Shown: positions 13,127-25,140, counted from the stretch's first letter. The stretch is 64,000 nucleotides of DNA from Octopus bimaculoides (GCF_001194135.2 NC_069002.1:17009423-17073422); one strand, 5' to 3'. The notes: generated from the letters alone by a model not told the origin. Translations and numbers: made by a program.

Positions 13127-14330
13127 CATGATGTTTCTTTGAGTTTTATTTAAGTTCTTCTTGAGAGAGTTCAAGCCGGTCACTAACAGAGCGACAAGTA
13201 AATATGTGGTTGAGTTGGAGTGCGGGTTGAGCTGTCAATATATACACCTGAGTGAGTGAGTCTATTCACCTAAAGAATCTCAGACGGAGAATTTTCGGAA
13301 TGTCTTGCCATTCTTCACTTGGCTACAAATAGATTGGATTTGGAGAATCTTTCGCTCTGTCTGCATGAAACCGAGTAGTTCTGGGGTTTTGTGCAAATTT
13401 TTTGGTACATAACATAATGCATCTATGATGATAGGTTCAAGTGAAAATTCAAAGTCAAAGTAGAAGACTTGTAAGTTCCGCGTTAATTCACCATAAATGT
13501 TCTCTTTTGCCTGAACTTTGGATTGTACATTCACATCTGCTGGGCAGCTGACCTCGACAACAGTGCATGACTTTTGTTCCCTGTACCACAGAACAATATC
13601 AAGTCTCTTATGTTTGCATCGAATTGGCATATGGCGTAATGGTTAACAGCGTGGCCTACTAACTCCACCAGTATTCCTTGTTTTGAAGATGTTAATATCT
13701 GCTGGTTCTGACACGTCTTCTGACATGCCTTTGCTGTGAATACCTTTGGTTCTGATATGTCTTTGTCAGGATAGTCCTTACCGTAGATAGCATTGTAAAT
13801 AGTCTTTGCAGTTATTTCATGCTTCAGAACAGGCAATATCTCGTAGATATTTTAGGGCAACTGATTATGATATGGTTAATATCTTCCACACTGGTATAGC
13901 AGAACCAGCAATTTTTTTTTCACAGCGTGGATATTTGGTGGTATCTTTGTCCCTCATGTTTAAAGGGCTTTTAGTAGCTTTCTCCTGTTCCTGGATATCG
14001 AAGGTAGAACCTTCAAGGCAAGATGTAATGTATCTATTGCAGGTCCAGGAGAGGTTACTCTTTCTGTCAATGATATTGTTGCTCTCTAGCTCATGGATAC
14101 ATACCCATGCTTTACATTTTGTTGGTATGATGCTTGTCTCTCCTCCAATCTTCTGTTTATGTATGTATGTATGTACGTATGTATGTTATCAATCAGTTTC
14201 ATTTCTGTATTTCTTGTCCATAGAGAAAGAGCCGGACTCTAACATAGATTCAAGGCTCCTTCATTGGAACTTTTATCAACATCATCTAGGTATTTGTGCA
14301 TATGTGTGTGTGTGCAGTATTTGGTGTTAG
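13125..14330 (-). mobile_element. RLE-type (R4/Dong-like) LINE 3' fragment
   Basis: Contains HKRLDIVLW...CTVVEVSCPADVN...K..KENIY.EL...PIIIDALCYVP (restriction-like endonuclease), preceded by a zinc-knuckle remnant and HEITAKTIYNAI. The 3' end abuts (TA)n at 13093-13122. Confidence 0.85.
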
Positions 14331-15174
14331 AGTATGCGCAGATTTGTATGTTTGTTTTATGGATGCGTTTTAGATGCAAAAAGTTTGTTTACCTTTTGCG
14401 ATGTTCTCTTTTCGTTCTGTAGGTATGTTGTTGTTGTTGTTGTTGTTGCTGTTGATGATGTTCATATGTCCACCCATGCTGTTTGTAGTATTTTGTCGCG
14501 TGGTAGATTCAAATTTCAGGCGAAAATCACTACAGTGTTNNNNNNNNNNNNNNNNNNNNNNNNNNNNNNNNNNNNNNNNNNNNNNNNNNNNNNNNNNNNN
14601 NNNNNNNNNNNNNNNNNNNNNNNNNNNNNNNNNNNNNNNNNNNNNNNNNNNNNNNNNNNNNNNNNNNNNNNNNNNNNNNNNNNNNNNNNNNNNNNNNNNN
14701 NNNNNNNNNNNNNNNNNNNNNNNNNNNNNNNNNNNNNNNNNNNNNNNNNNNNNNNNNNNNNNNNNNNNNNNNNNNNNNNNNNNNNNNNNNNNNNNNNNNN
14801 NNNNNNNNNNNNNNNNNNNNNNNNNNNNNNNNNNNNNNNNNNNNNNNNNNNNNNNNNNNNNNNNNNNNNNNNNNNNNNNNNNNNNNNNNNNNNNNNNNNN
14901 NNNNNNNNNNNNNNNNNNNNNNNNNNNNNNNNNNNNNNNNNNNNNNNNNNNNNNNNNNNNNNNNNNNNNNNNNNNNNNNNNNNNNNNNNNNNNNNNNNNN
15001 NNNNNNNNNNNNNNNNNNNNNNNNNNNNNNNNNNNNNNNNNNNNNNNNNNNNNNNNNNNNNNNNNNNNNNNNNNNNNNNNNNNNNNNNNNNNNNNNNNNN
15101 NNNNNNNNNNNNNNNNNNNNNNNNNNNNNNNNNNNNNNNNNNNNNNNNTATATATATATATATATAGGCGCGTG

Positions 15175-15216
<42 letters not shown>

Positions 15217-15532
15217 CGCGTGTGTGTACATATATGTATATATACTTTTAAGTGTGCGTGTGCGTGTGCGTGTGCGTGTGCGTATGTTGATACCAATGTA
15301 CTTGTACAGCTGGTAGGATGATAAGAATTCTGAAAAATTCTGTATCAAATTTATGAAATATAACCTGTTTCTACAATTAATGTCAGTATATATAAGATGA
15401 CATGTACACACCCCACACACGCACACACACTGATAAACAAACACATATACATATATATAGAGAGAGAGAGTGGGGGAGAGAGAGAGAGATACATATGTGT
15501 ACACACGCATATATATATGTGAATGTTTGGGT

Positions 15533-15567
<35 letters not shown>

Positions 15568-15568
<1 letters not shown>

Positions 15569-15778
15569 ATACAGTTCTATATTTAAGAGATGAGGAATTA
15601 TTTACATTATTTACATTTGACGGATATTTGTCCTCATCTTGTTTGTTGTTAACACAACGTTTCGGCTGATATACCCTCCAGCTTTCATCAAGTGTCTTGG
15701 CGAAATTTCGAACCTGGGTTCTCATTCCTAAGGTATTTTTCGATGTTATTATTCTTATTCTTATTCTTATTATTATTA

Positions 15779-15818
<40 letters not shown>

Positions 15819-15869
15819 TCAGGTCACCGCCTGGAATTGGCATATGGCGTAATGGTTAAGAGCGCGGCC
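15568..15869 (-). mobile_element. Composite short element: tRNA-like head, (AAT)n linker and PLE-type hammerhead tail
   Basis: Head remnant attccaggcggtgacctga, then (AAT)n, then about 115 bp homologous to the PLE 3' end at 17068-17183. The A-box part of the head (15839-15869) is in the opposite orientation and runs into an N gap. Confidence 0.6.
15651..15696 (-). ncRNA. Hammerhead ribozyme of the same family as 17084-17129, probably inactivated
   Basis: GACAC-UUGAUGA-A-AGCUG(...)CAGCC-GAA-ACGU-U-GUGUU, with C3>U and G10.1>A substitutions. Confidence 0.7.
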
Positions 15870-16098
15870 NNNNNNNNNNNNNNNNNNNNNNNNNNNNNNN
15901 NNNNNNNNNNNNNNNNNNNNNNNNNNNNNNNNNNNNNNNNNNNNNNNNNNNNNNNNNNNNNNNNNNNNNNNNNNNNNNNNNNNNNNNNNNNNNNNNNNNN
16001 NNNNNNNNNNNNNNNNNNNNNNNNNNNNNNNNNNNNNNNNNNNNNNNNNNNNNNNNNNNNNNNNNNNNNNNNNNNNNNNNNNNNNNNNNNNNNNNNNN

Positions 16099-16161
<63 letters not shown>

Positions 16162-16404
16162 ATGGGTTGTGGTTAAGAATAGAAAAGAAAATTGAAAACT
16201 GTCAGGCAACAAGGGAATCAAAATCCTAAACACCATTTTTTCTGCAATTTTGCACGCAACTTGCACATCAATCCTCCTGTCTTGTTTTAAATGTGATTTT
16301 TCTCTTTCCTTCTTCCTACAATACTTAAGTTCCTCTTCTCTAAGTTCTTCTACCACATAATCAGTGGAATGCCCCAGAATAAATGTATTACAGTGAATAC
16401 ATTA

Positions 16405-16465
16405 CAGATCTTTCTGTTCTGATTTCAAACCTCGTCGAGATTTGAAATCAGTACAGAAAGATCTG
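16405..16465. repeat. 25-bp inverted repeat (24/25), 11-nt loop
   Basis: cagatctttctgttctgatttcaaa / tttgaaatcagtacagaaagatctg. Confidence 0.9.
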
Positions 16466-16489
16466 CACTGAGATCGATATAACCAATTA

Positions 16490-16670
16490 TACTCCCAACC
16501 AGCCAAGCAACACAATTAATTTGCTGAAAAATTCGGTCATAGTACAAGAGCTGCAAGTTCCGCATTAATTCACAATAAATGTTCTTTTGATTGTATAGCT
16601 GACCTGGACATCAGTGCATTAATGTTGTCCCCTGTACTACAGAACATCATCAGGACTTGAATTGCTGTTT
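16490..16670 (-). mobile_element. Second RLE LINE fragment homologous to 13470-13620
   Basis: Shared words caagttccgc.ttaattcac.ataaatgttct, gctgacct.gac and ccctgtac.acagaaca. Confidence 0.65.
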
Positions 16671-16734
16671 TTATTGGAGTGCTCCATCAGTACTCCCAGG
16701 GTAGATAGACTGTGGTCAGTTTATGGGTCTGTCC

Positions 16735-17190
16735 CCCCCTGTGTCAAAGGCCTCTCGGAAAAGTTATAAAAGATATGCGGTCCATATGACATCAGGACAA
16801 TATTCAGAAATAATATAACACTTCGCAAATATCTCCTCCGAGTAAAACCACCCACAGAAGAGAATATGACCAAAAACTGCGTGTACTTCATCCCATGCAG
16901 TTGTGGTAAGTTATACAAAGGCGAAACATGTTTCCCCCTTAATATAAGGGTAGAGGAACATCGCAAAGACGTGACACGAGGGGATATTGAAGAATCGACA
17001 GAAAAATCAACAGAAAAAGTACCATCAGCAAAAAGCAGATACACCATTAGTCAAAAAAAGGGTTGGGTTTGAAATTCTACCAGAACACCTGATGAAGGCT
17101 GGAGAGTACATCAGCCGAAACGTTGTGGTAACAACAAACGAGGTGAGGACACCTATCCGCCCATTGTAAATAATGTAAATAATAAATAAA
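16735..17190 (+). mobile_element. Penelope-like element 3' fragment: GIY-YIG endonuclease plus terminal region with hammerhead
   Basis: VKGLSEKL*KICGPYDIRTIFR...KNCVYFIPCSCGKLYKGETCFPLNIRVEEH, followed by the hammerhead and tgtaaataatgtaaataat. Confidence 0.85.
17084..17129 (+). ncRNA. Minimal type I hammerhead ribozyme, intact core, in a PLE 3' terminal region
   Basis: CAC-CUGAUGA-A-GGCUG(GAGAGUACAU)CAGCC-GAA-ACGU-U-GUG. Helix I is CAC/GUG, helix II is 5 bp, helix III is the palindrome ACGU, and the predicted cut is after 17124. Confidence 0.8.
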
Positions 17191-17257
17191 AATACTCGTA
17201 TTTTGAGTTCTAGTCTTCCTGTTTGCATTATTGCATCACCAGACCTTTGTATATATA

Positions 17258-17965
17258 CGAGACAGTATCAAAAAATTCCCGGATTAGTTCCGTAGCACGC
17301 CAACAGATAGCAGCACTCGGTTGCGTGTGCAGTGAAAGCTAGCAGTGGCCTTCACGAGGCAGTATGCTGAGTGACGTCGCTGTGTTTACTTCGCAAGTTG
17401 TGAAATTTGTATTTTTGTGAACACGTGTATGCTGTTGCCTGCAATTTTGTCATGGACTGGAACAAGGAGTCGACATGAAACTTTACGTTGAACTTGTCAA
17501 GTTAGCTACAGAGGCACTGAGCATACTTCGGCAAGCTTACGGTGACGACGCATTGGGTCGCACGCAATGATTCGAGTGGGACGGGTGCTTCAAAACCGGA
17601 AGAACGTTCCTGGAAGTCGATGAACGATCTAAAAGATCTATCATGGACATCACACCCGGAAATGTAGGGAAAATTCATCAGTTTGTGCATGAGGATTGTT
17701 GGAGAACAATTAACGACATTACTGACGTTGTTGGTCGGTCGTATGGGTCGGTGCAGGCAATCCTAACGTCTGAATTGAACACGCGGTGTGTCTCTGCTGA
17801 CAACTGAGTAGAAAGAACATCGCGTCGCAGTCTATCAGGATCTCCGTCAGCGTGCCACTGTTGACCCATCCTTCACGTCGAGGATCTCTGTCGGTGACGA
17901 GAGTTGGGTTTACGGATACGACCCTGAGACGAAGCATCAGTCGTCATAATGGAAGATGCCTGGAA
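17258..17965 (+). mobile_element. Mariner DNA transposon, 5' part, decayed
   Basis: TA-CGAGACAGTATC terminus. Translates LEQ...QAYGDDAL.RTQ*FEW..CFKTGR and GDESWVYGYDPETKHQSS*WK. Confidence 0.85.
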
Positions 17966-18894
17966 GAGCCAGATCATTAGCTAAGCGCATATGCCAGTTG
18001 AAGGAGACATCAAATGGAGTCCGTAGAAGAAATGCAAGCCATTCTCCAACGGTAGCAGGAAATGCAGATTGTGTTTAACAGAGAAGCGACACATAGATAT
18101 AGCAGTTATTGACATTATGACTTGGTGATAATTCGGAACGGCGAATGAACAAAGAGGTCGTCCTGCGTATTACCGAGAAATAATAACTAGCTCAGATGGG
18201 TTGTGAAAAATACATTCTGTGTACTTTATTGTGAGAATATAAGTGGGTGCGCGTAAATATACACCAGCTGCTTCAGGCCTGAAATGTACCTAAATGCCAA
18301 ATCAAAAACGTTTACACGAGCGGAAGTATATTCTTTCCAAGCCACATTTGGGGTATCGAATCAATACCAGTGCACCCTTTCCCCCAATAACCTGGGTGCT
18401 TCTCGCGGGTGATCCTTCGTTCAACCTCTCATCCGTTTCATATTTATATCCTCTATTACTTTATTATTTCCTTCTATCCTCTCTCTGTCTTCTTCTTTTC
18501 CTCACTCTCTATCTCTCCCCCCCCCCCATCTCTCTCTATCTCTCTTCCTCTATTTCTTCTTTTTCTCAATCTCTCTTTCTCTCTCTCATCCTCTCCTTAC
18601 GTCTTTAGTAATCATCTATCAACGAAATTTGCTCATGCTTTTCCTTTGCAAGGGAAATAACTCTTTGATTCTTTAAGTATGAGTTATGTCCCTCGATATA
18701 TTAATTATTAATATTTTATAAATATATATATATGTATATTATTGCTTTTTATTCCTTTCCCGAAAGGTTTTGCACGTTGGACTCTTGCAAAGTTCAACTA
18801 AGTTCCATAAAGTGCCCATCTGAGAAGTACCGGGAAATGTTACCTTCACACGAAATTTAGTCACAGCCGCTGCATTTAGTATGATCATCATAAA

Positions 18895-18935
<41 letters not shown>

Positions 18936-19157
18936 GAAGAGCTATGATCAAGGAGCATTTTTTGTCAGGTGTATCTTGAACTAGACTATTCAAATGTGTC
19001 GTTTCTTTTTTGACGACAGTGAACTGTAATGGCTTAATGAAACTTGGCTATTATTACAACCAAGTTGAACGATCATATTGACAGAACGTTCATTCTTGCT
19101 TGCGTCTGACAACACCAAGCAGAGAACATTTTTATGACCTTAGAGGTTATTATCCTC

Positions 19158-19286
19158 TAATCTGGATTAAGAGCCCTCTTGTTATCAGTATAGACTTTCA
19201 GTCCTTCAAGGACAACTAATCTGGACTAGTAATCTGGATTAGGAGTCCTCCTTTTATCAGTATAGACTTTCAGTCCATCAAAGACA
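19158..19286. repeat. Local tandem duplication, about 57-bp core, period about 72
   Basis: aatctggatta.gag.cct...ttatcagtatagactttcagtcc occurs twice. Confidence 0.85.
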
Positions 19287-20391
19287 TTGCTTTTCCCGAT
19301 GATGAAATTCTGATCTTAAAATATGAATTATCGTGACACATTAAGTTTAGTTAGCGACAGGGAATTAACATAATTAAATAATCACCAGTCACGTGTCTAA
19401 ATTAATTTCGCGACTTCAATTTTGCGATTTTCAGCAACACACTAAAAGCTTGGAAAGCTTTGATCAAAGGGTAACGCTGCTGTTGTTTAACCTGAAACCA
19501 ACCCGTATCAAACAAACCACAAAAATCTCACCTTTTGCTACATCAGAGATAACATTATTGATTGTGTTGTTTTTATTTTTTAAAGACAGTAGGGTCTACG
19601 ATTTAAAAGAAATATGATTTGAGGGAGATTTACCTGCTATTTCTGGCAGTTATATCTACCACGCTGAGTCTCTCTCGTTCGTTTCAGAATGTGATGTTGC
19701 TTAACAAGAGATACATTAGTGCGGCTGGGAATCAAGCTAAACCAACGGTTGTTTTGGTTTGTAGGAGTTGGGTGAGGAAACTGCATAGAAGACACCCACG
19801 TGCAAAGAGACTATTTGTGTGATATAGGCTGCTTCAAACTATATTGACACACATACAGACACAACAGAAAGCAATAGATGTTAAACAAAAAGCCCTGTAA
19901 GTCCGTATAGTATTTACACAGGTTCGCCTTGAAATGTCATAAAGCATTTGGTAAGGTGATGCTACACCCAACGGCAGTGGTTAACGTGAAGTTGTGATAG
20001 GTGTTCCCCTATGGGCAACGGGAAGGGAAGGTGGTGGGTTAAGAAAACCGTGCGTAACATCCTCAACTACACGCTGCCACAATCACTATTATTTCAAACA
20101 TCATCAATATCACTACTACCACAACAATGCCGTCGCCACCACCTTCGAAACTTCTACCACTGTCACTACAAATACTGTTACCCCCACCCCCACCATCGCC
20201 ACCATTACCAACATCACGATCGTCTCTACCACCATTACCTCCATCACCACCACTGTCAGCTCTAGCAATACTACTAACATCACTCCTTACCAACACATCA
20301 CTGTGGGTGTAAGGGATCAAATAACTAAACTTTTAACATTTCATTAATTTCCAAGATAACTACATATACATCCATGCATACATACATACGT

Positions 20392-20442
<51 letters not shown>

Positions 20443-21136
20443 NNNNNNNNNNNNNNNNNNNNNNNNNNNNNNNNNNNNNNNNNNNNNNNNNNNNNNNNNN
20501 NNNNNNNNNNNNNNNNNNNNNNNNNNNNNNNNNNNNNNNNNNNNNNNNNNNNNNNNNNNNNNNNNNNNNNNNNNNNNNNNNNNNNNNNNNNNNNNNNNNN
20601 NNNNNNNNNNNNNNNNNNNNNNNNNNNNNNNNNNNNNNNNNNNNNNNNNNNNNNNNNNNNNNNNNNNNNNNNNNNNNNNNNNNNNNNNNNNNNNNNNNNN
20701 NNNNNNNNNNNNNNNNNNNNNNNNNNNNNNNNNNNNNNNNNNNNNNNNNNNNNNNNNNNNNNNNNNNNNNNNNNNNNNNNNNNNNNNNNNNNNNNNNNNN
20801 NNNNNNNNNNNNNNNNNNNNNNNNNNNNNNNNNNNNNNNNNNNNNNNNNNNNNNNNNNNNNNNNNNNNNNNNNNNNNNNNNNNNNNNNNNNNNNNNNNNN
20901 NNNNNNNNNNNNNNNNNNNNNNNNNNNNNNNNNNNNNNNNNNNNNNNNNNNNNNNNNNNNNNNNNNNNNNNNNNNNNNNNNNNNNNNNNNNNNNNNNNNN
21001 NNNNNNNNNNNNNNNNNNNNNNNNNNNNNNNNNNNNNNNNNNNNNNNNNNNNNNNNNNNNNNNNNNNNNNNNNNNNNNNNNNNNNNNNNNNNNNNNNNNN
21101 NNNNNNNNNNNNNNNNNNNNNNNNNNNNNNNNNNNN

Positions 21137-21180
<44 letters not shown>

Positions 21181-22189
21181 AACGAGGGTGGGAACCCACA
21201 TTAAACCAGAACCCCGGACATCGGATAAAACAGTCAAAGTGACTCTGCTTTGATTTTCGCCACCATTTTTGCGTTTCAGTGTTAAAAGCACACATATTCT
21301 AGGGGTACTATATAAGCACCCCACACTCCTCAAAAATGATAGATCATCAAAAGTGTTAAGATCGGTCAATAATATAACCATGGGCCATAAAGCGATACAA
21401 ATTCTTACCCCTTTTTATGCAATACTGCAGTAGTTGTTCTTAGAAAGTCCTGAACACTACACAGCTAGTTGTATTATGATATAAGGATGGCAATATAACG
21501 GAGAATGAGAAAACAAATGATTGAAGGCAATCAACATCTCATCAGTAAACATCATATTTATTATTCACTTTTACACTTCTCATAGAAATTTCCTTTCTTT
21601 CAAACACACTCTAAATCACTTCATTTATTCCTCCTCAACCGATTTCATCCAGTTATATTCGGCTCATTACTTACTATTTCTTTTTCACTTCGCCTCCATT
21701 GCCTAATAAACACTACGTTTAATGTAGTTTGATGATGATAGAATCTGTTTGTATATGTTTCCAAAGATCTTTTGAAATTCTTTCCGACCGCCAGAATTTT
21801 TTCCAAAATTTTTACCAGATTTGTTTTAATGTTCTACATCGATGTACTTTTGCATTCGTTTCTCTAGAAATTAATAGTAGAAAAGTCGCAAGCCTGTAAA
21901 ATCATGAAATTTTAACCAATCGAAAGCCTCTATTGCCAACATACTGGAGTTGCAATAAGAAAATCAAAACTTTACGGAACATTGATTTTTTTTTTTTTTT
22001 CAAATGAAAAGAATTTAATGAAAAAAGTAACGAAGTAATTCTCTTGTAGTTTGATGATATAATCTGACTGTGTTTTCTAATGTAATAAATATACATTTAG
22101 AAGAAAAGTTTAAATCGGATCGAACTGGCCAAAAGTGAGTATGTTCTTGAGTTATATAAAACGCCAGACTAGTCGGTTCAGCAGAAGAG

Positions 22190-22568
22190 CACAGTGCAAA
22201 CTGGGAAGATAAGCATTATAAGCAACACGTCATGAATTTGTTACTCTGCAATTTCGGCCAGTCCTGTCTGACGATCTCTTTTGGGATCGATTTCCAGTCT
22301 GCTTTGTGGAAGTTCAGATTGGAGAGATTTCGGGTGCTTCCTTTAGGCTGTATGTATCTGGCTACTTTCGGCCCAAACATAGCTCTATTATGTTGTGATC
22401 CGAGACTAATGTCGGCGTCAATTTTACATCATGAACGATGTCCGTATTGTTCGTGAAGCAGAGATCCAAAATGTTATTCGCCCTAGTTGGTCTGAGTACA
22501 ACTTGCTCCATGAATAGGGCATTGGTGAGGTTCAGAAGGGACTCCACCTGTGCTTGCTTGAAATGAGT
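22190..22568 (-). mobile_element. CR1/L2-type LINE endonuclease fragment
   Basis: EQVVLRPTRANNILDLCFTNN...VSDHNII, then NFHKADW. Confidence 0.8.
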
Positions 22569-22767
22569 NNNNNNNNNNNNNNNNNNNNNNNNNNNNNNNN
22601 NNNNNNNNNNNNNNNNNNNNNNNNNNNNNNNNNNNNNNNNNNNNNNNNNNNNNNNNNNNNNNNNNNNNNNNNNNNNNNNNNNNNNNNNNNNNNNNNNNNN
22701 NNNNNNNNNNNNNNNNNNNNNNNNNNNNNNNNNNNNNNNNNNNNNNNNNNNNNNNNNNNNNNNNNNN

Positions 22768-22811
<44 letters not shown>

Positions 22812-23062
22812 GTACATATAAACATACATATATATATATATGAACATATATATAATTCTAAATCTCTCAGAGAGATTTATGCAGTAGTGATACGATAAAG
22901 TAGCTGTATGCTGTCAACTTAATGTGACAGTCGCATGAAGGGAATAATACTACTGCTATTTAGCCCTAAGAAGCTGCACCACTTCCTGTCGGCCTTGACA
23001 CATTTCCTGTGTCCTTATGTTTACAAGGAGGAGACAAGCACCTCCACCCAGCTAAGCTTGCA

Positions 23063-23105
23063 TCCAGAGACATGTTTCTGAGTCTTTGCTCGTCATCAGT
23101 CTGGA
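23063..23105 (-). ncRNA. Minimal type I hammerhead ribozyme with GUC cleavage triplet
   Basis: UCCAGA-CUGAUGA-C-GAG(CAAAGA)CUC-A-GAA-ACAUGU-C-UCUGGA. Helix I is a perfect 6 bp, helix III is the palindrome ACAUGU, and the predicted cut is between 23069 and 23068. Confidence 0.75.
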
Positions 23106-23117
23106 GTAGCATGAATG

Positions 23118-25140
23118 GTGACGTGTAGATGTGTGCTGCATCCAAGAAGTAAGGTGGAGAGGAAGTTTTACTAGTTTCCTCACAGGCAAAGAACACAGGC
23201 ATAAGATTTTCTGGGTAGGGAACACTGATGGGGTTGGGGGTGTGGGCATACTCCTTGCGTGCGGAGAAATGGGTTGATAAGATAATCGAGGTAGTCAGAG
23301 TCTGTGATAGAACACTTAAACTTAGACTAGTGCTGCAACATGGGATAGCAACTCTTATCTCAGCCTATACGCCTTAGCCAGGGCTACCTGATGAACAGAA
23401 AGACCGATTTTATGACACCTACTTGCAGACCACCTCGTCAATGAATGACAGGGACCTTCTCTTCGTGGCTGGCGACTTCAATGGGCATGTTGGACAACAT
23501 CCAAGGAGCTTCCATGGTGGCAACGGATTTGGTTCCAGCAATAAGAGAACCAGGGTGCTGGAATTCTGTGATGCAAATGATCTTATGATCTGTAATACTT
23601 AACTTCAGGAAACCTGCTAGTCACTTGTTCAGATTGGCTACATTCTCGCCAGGAAACGGAAAAGATGGCTACTTATAACAACATAGGTTAGTAGTCAGCG
23701 ACTTCAGGATCAGGGATAAATGGCTACCCAGAAGACGACCGGTATGGAAAAAATGGGTCTGGAAGCTTAAAGATTCTATGAATGGATAGAGATTTAGAGA
23801 CGTATTACTTGAAGCTTTTGACGAAAAAGAGGATATAGAATCACATAATGTGGACAACTGGAGGTTCCTACGGGACAACCTGTTAAGGGCTACTGACCAA
23901 ATTTGTGGCTGGTACAAAGTCCCCTCTCGACCTAAAGTAACATGGTGGTAGAACAACGTAGTTGACAAGGCCAATACGGAAAAGAAACAGGCATGGAAGG
24001 GCTGGAAATGTGGTGAGAGCAGGGAACTGTATCAAATCGCCAGAAGGGAAGCTAGGAGACAGGTTTATTTAGCCAGAGGGGAAGCAGATAAGAAAAAAAA
24101 ATTGCCAATGTTCTCCGTCTTGAGGACCAGAGACTTGGAATGTTTCATATTGCAAGACAGTGTGTGAAATAGAATCGTGATGTTATAGGAGCGAAATGTG
24201 TCCGCATGGATGATGGCTCACTTGCATTTAATGATGCTGCAAAGAGAGAAACTTGGAGACGCCACTATGAAAGGTTGCTAAATGAAGAGAATGAATGGGA
24301 GAAAGAGAGTCTGCCAAATGTCGATCCAACAGAGGGACCAGCTATTCGAATTGACAGTACCTTGGTAGATAAAGCAATTAAGGGCATGTCCATCAGGAAT
24401 CTCTGAGATGCTTAAAATATCTGGTGGTGTCGACTATAGTCTTATCAACTGTATAGTCAACCAGGTGATACATGAAGGTGTCATACCCAATGACTAGTGT
24501 AGCAGCACCATAGTCAACTGGTACAAAGGTAAAAGTGATGCATTAGATAGGAGTAATTGCAGAAGCATCAAATTATTGGATCAGGTGATGAAAGTCACGG
24601 AGAAGGTTATAGCCCAACAAATTAGGGAGAGAGTTAGTTTAGACGAGATGCTATATTTCTGGTAAGACAGCTATAGGAGAAATTCCTAGCCAAATATAAA
24701 CCTCTGTACTTGGCTTTCGTTGACATGGAGAAAGCCTTTGACAGAGTCCCCCGATCCCTTATCTGGTGGTCAATGCGGAAACCAGGGAGAGATGAGTGGT
24801 TGTTGAGAGCTGTACAAGCCATGTACAGGGATGCCGTCAATAAGGTGAGGGTTGGCAATAAGTATAGTGAAGAATTCCGGGTAGAAGTAGAGGTTCACTA
24901 AGGATCAGTCTCAGCCCCCTCTTATTCATCATAGTACTCCAGGCAATAACAGAGGAATTCGATACAGGCTGCCCCTGAGAGCTCCTCTATGCTCTAATAG
25001 CTGAATCACTACCAAAACTAGAAGTTTCAGGTGTGGGAGCAAGGTCTAGAATCGAAGGGCTTTAGAGTCAATCTAGCAAAAGCCAAAGTCTTAGTAAGTA
25101 GGAAGGCAGACAAATCACAAATCCCTTCAGGAAAATGGCC
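23118..25140 (+). mobile_element. RTE-clade LINE, decayed (APE and RT)
   Basis: VDVCCIQEVRWRG, VAGDFNGHVG, AFVDMEKAFDRVPR and V..GS..SP motifs; multiple stops and frameshifts. Confidence 0.9.

Noticed and set aside
7476-20347. His/Thr, Cys/Val, Tyr/Ile and Pro/Thr-rich ORFs
   Set aside because: They are translations of (CA)n, (TA)n and (CAC)n microsatellite or low-complexity DNA.
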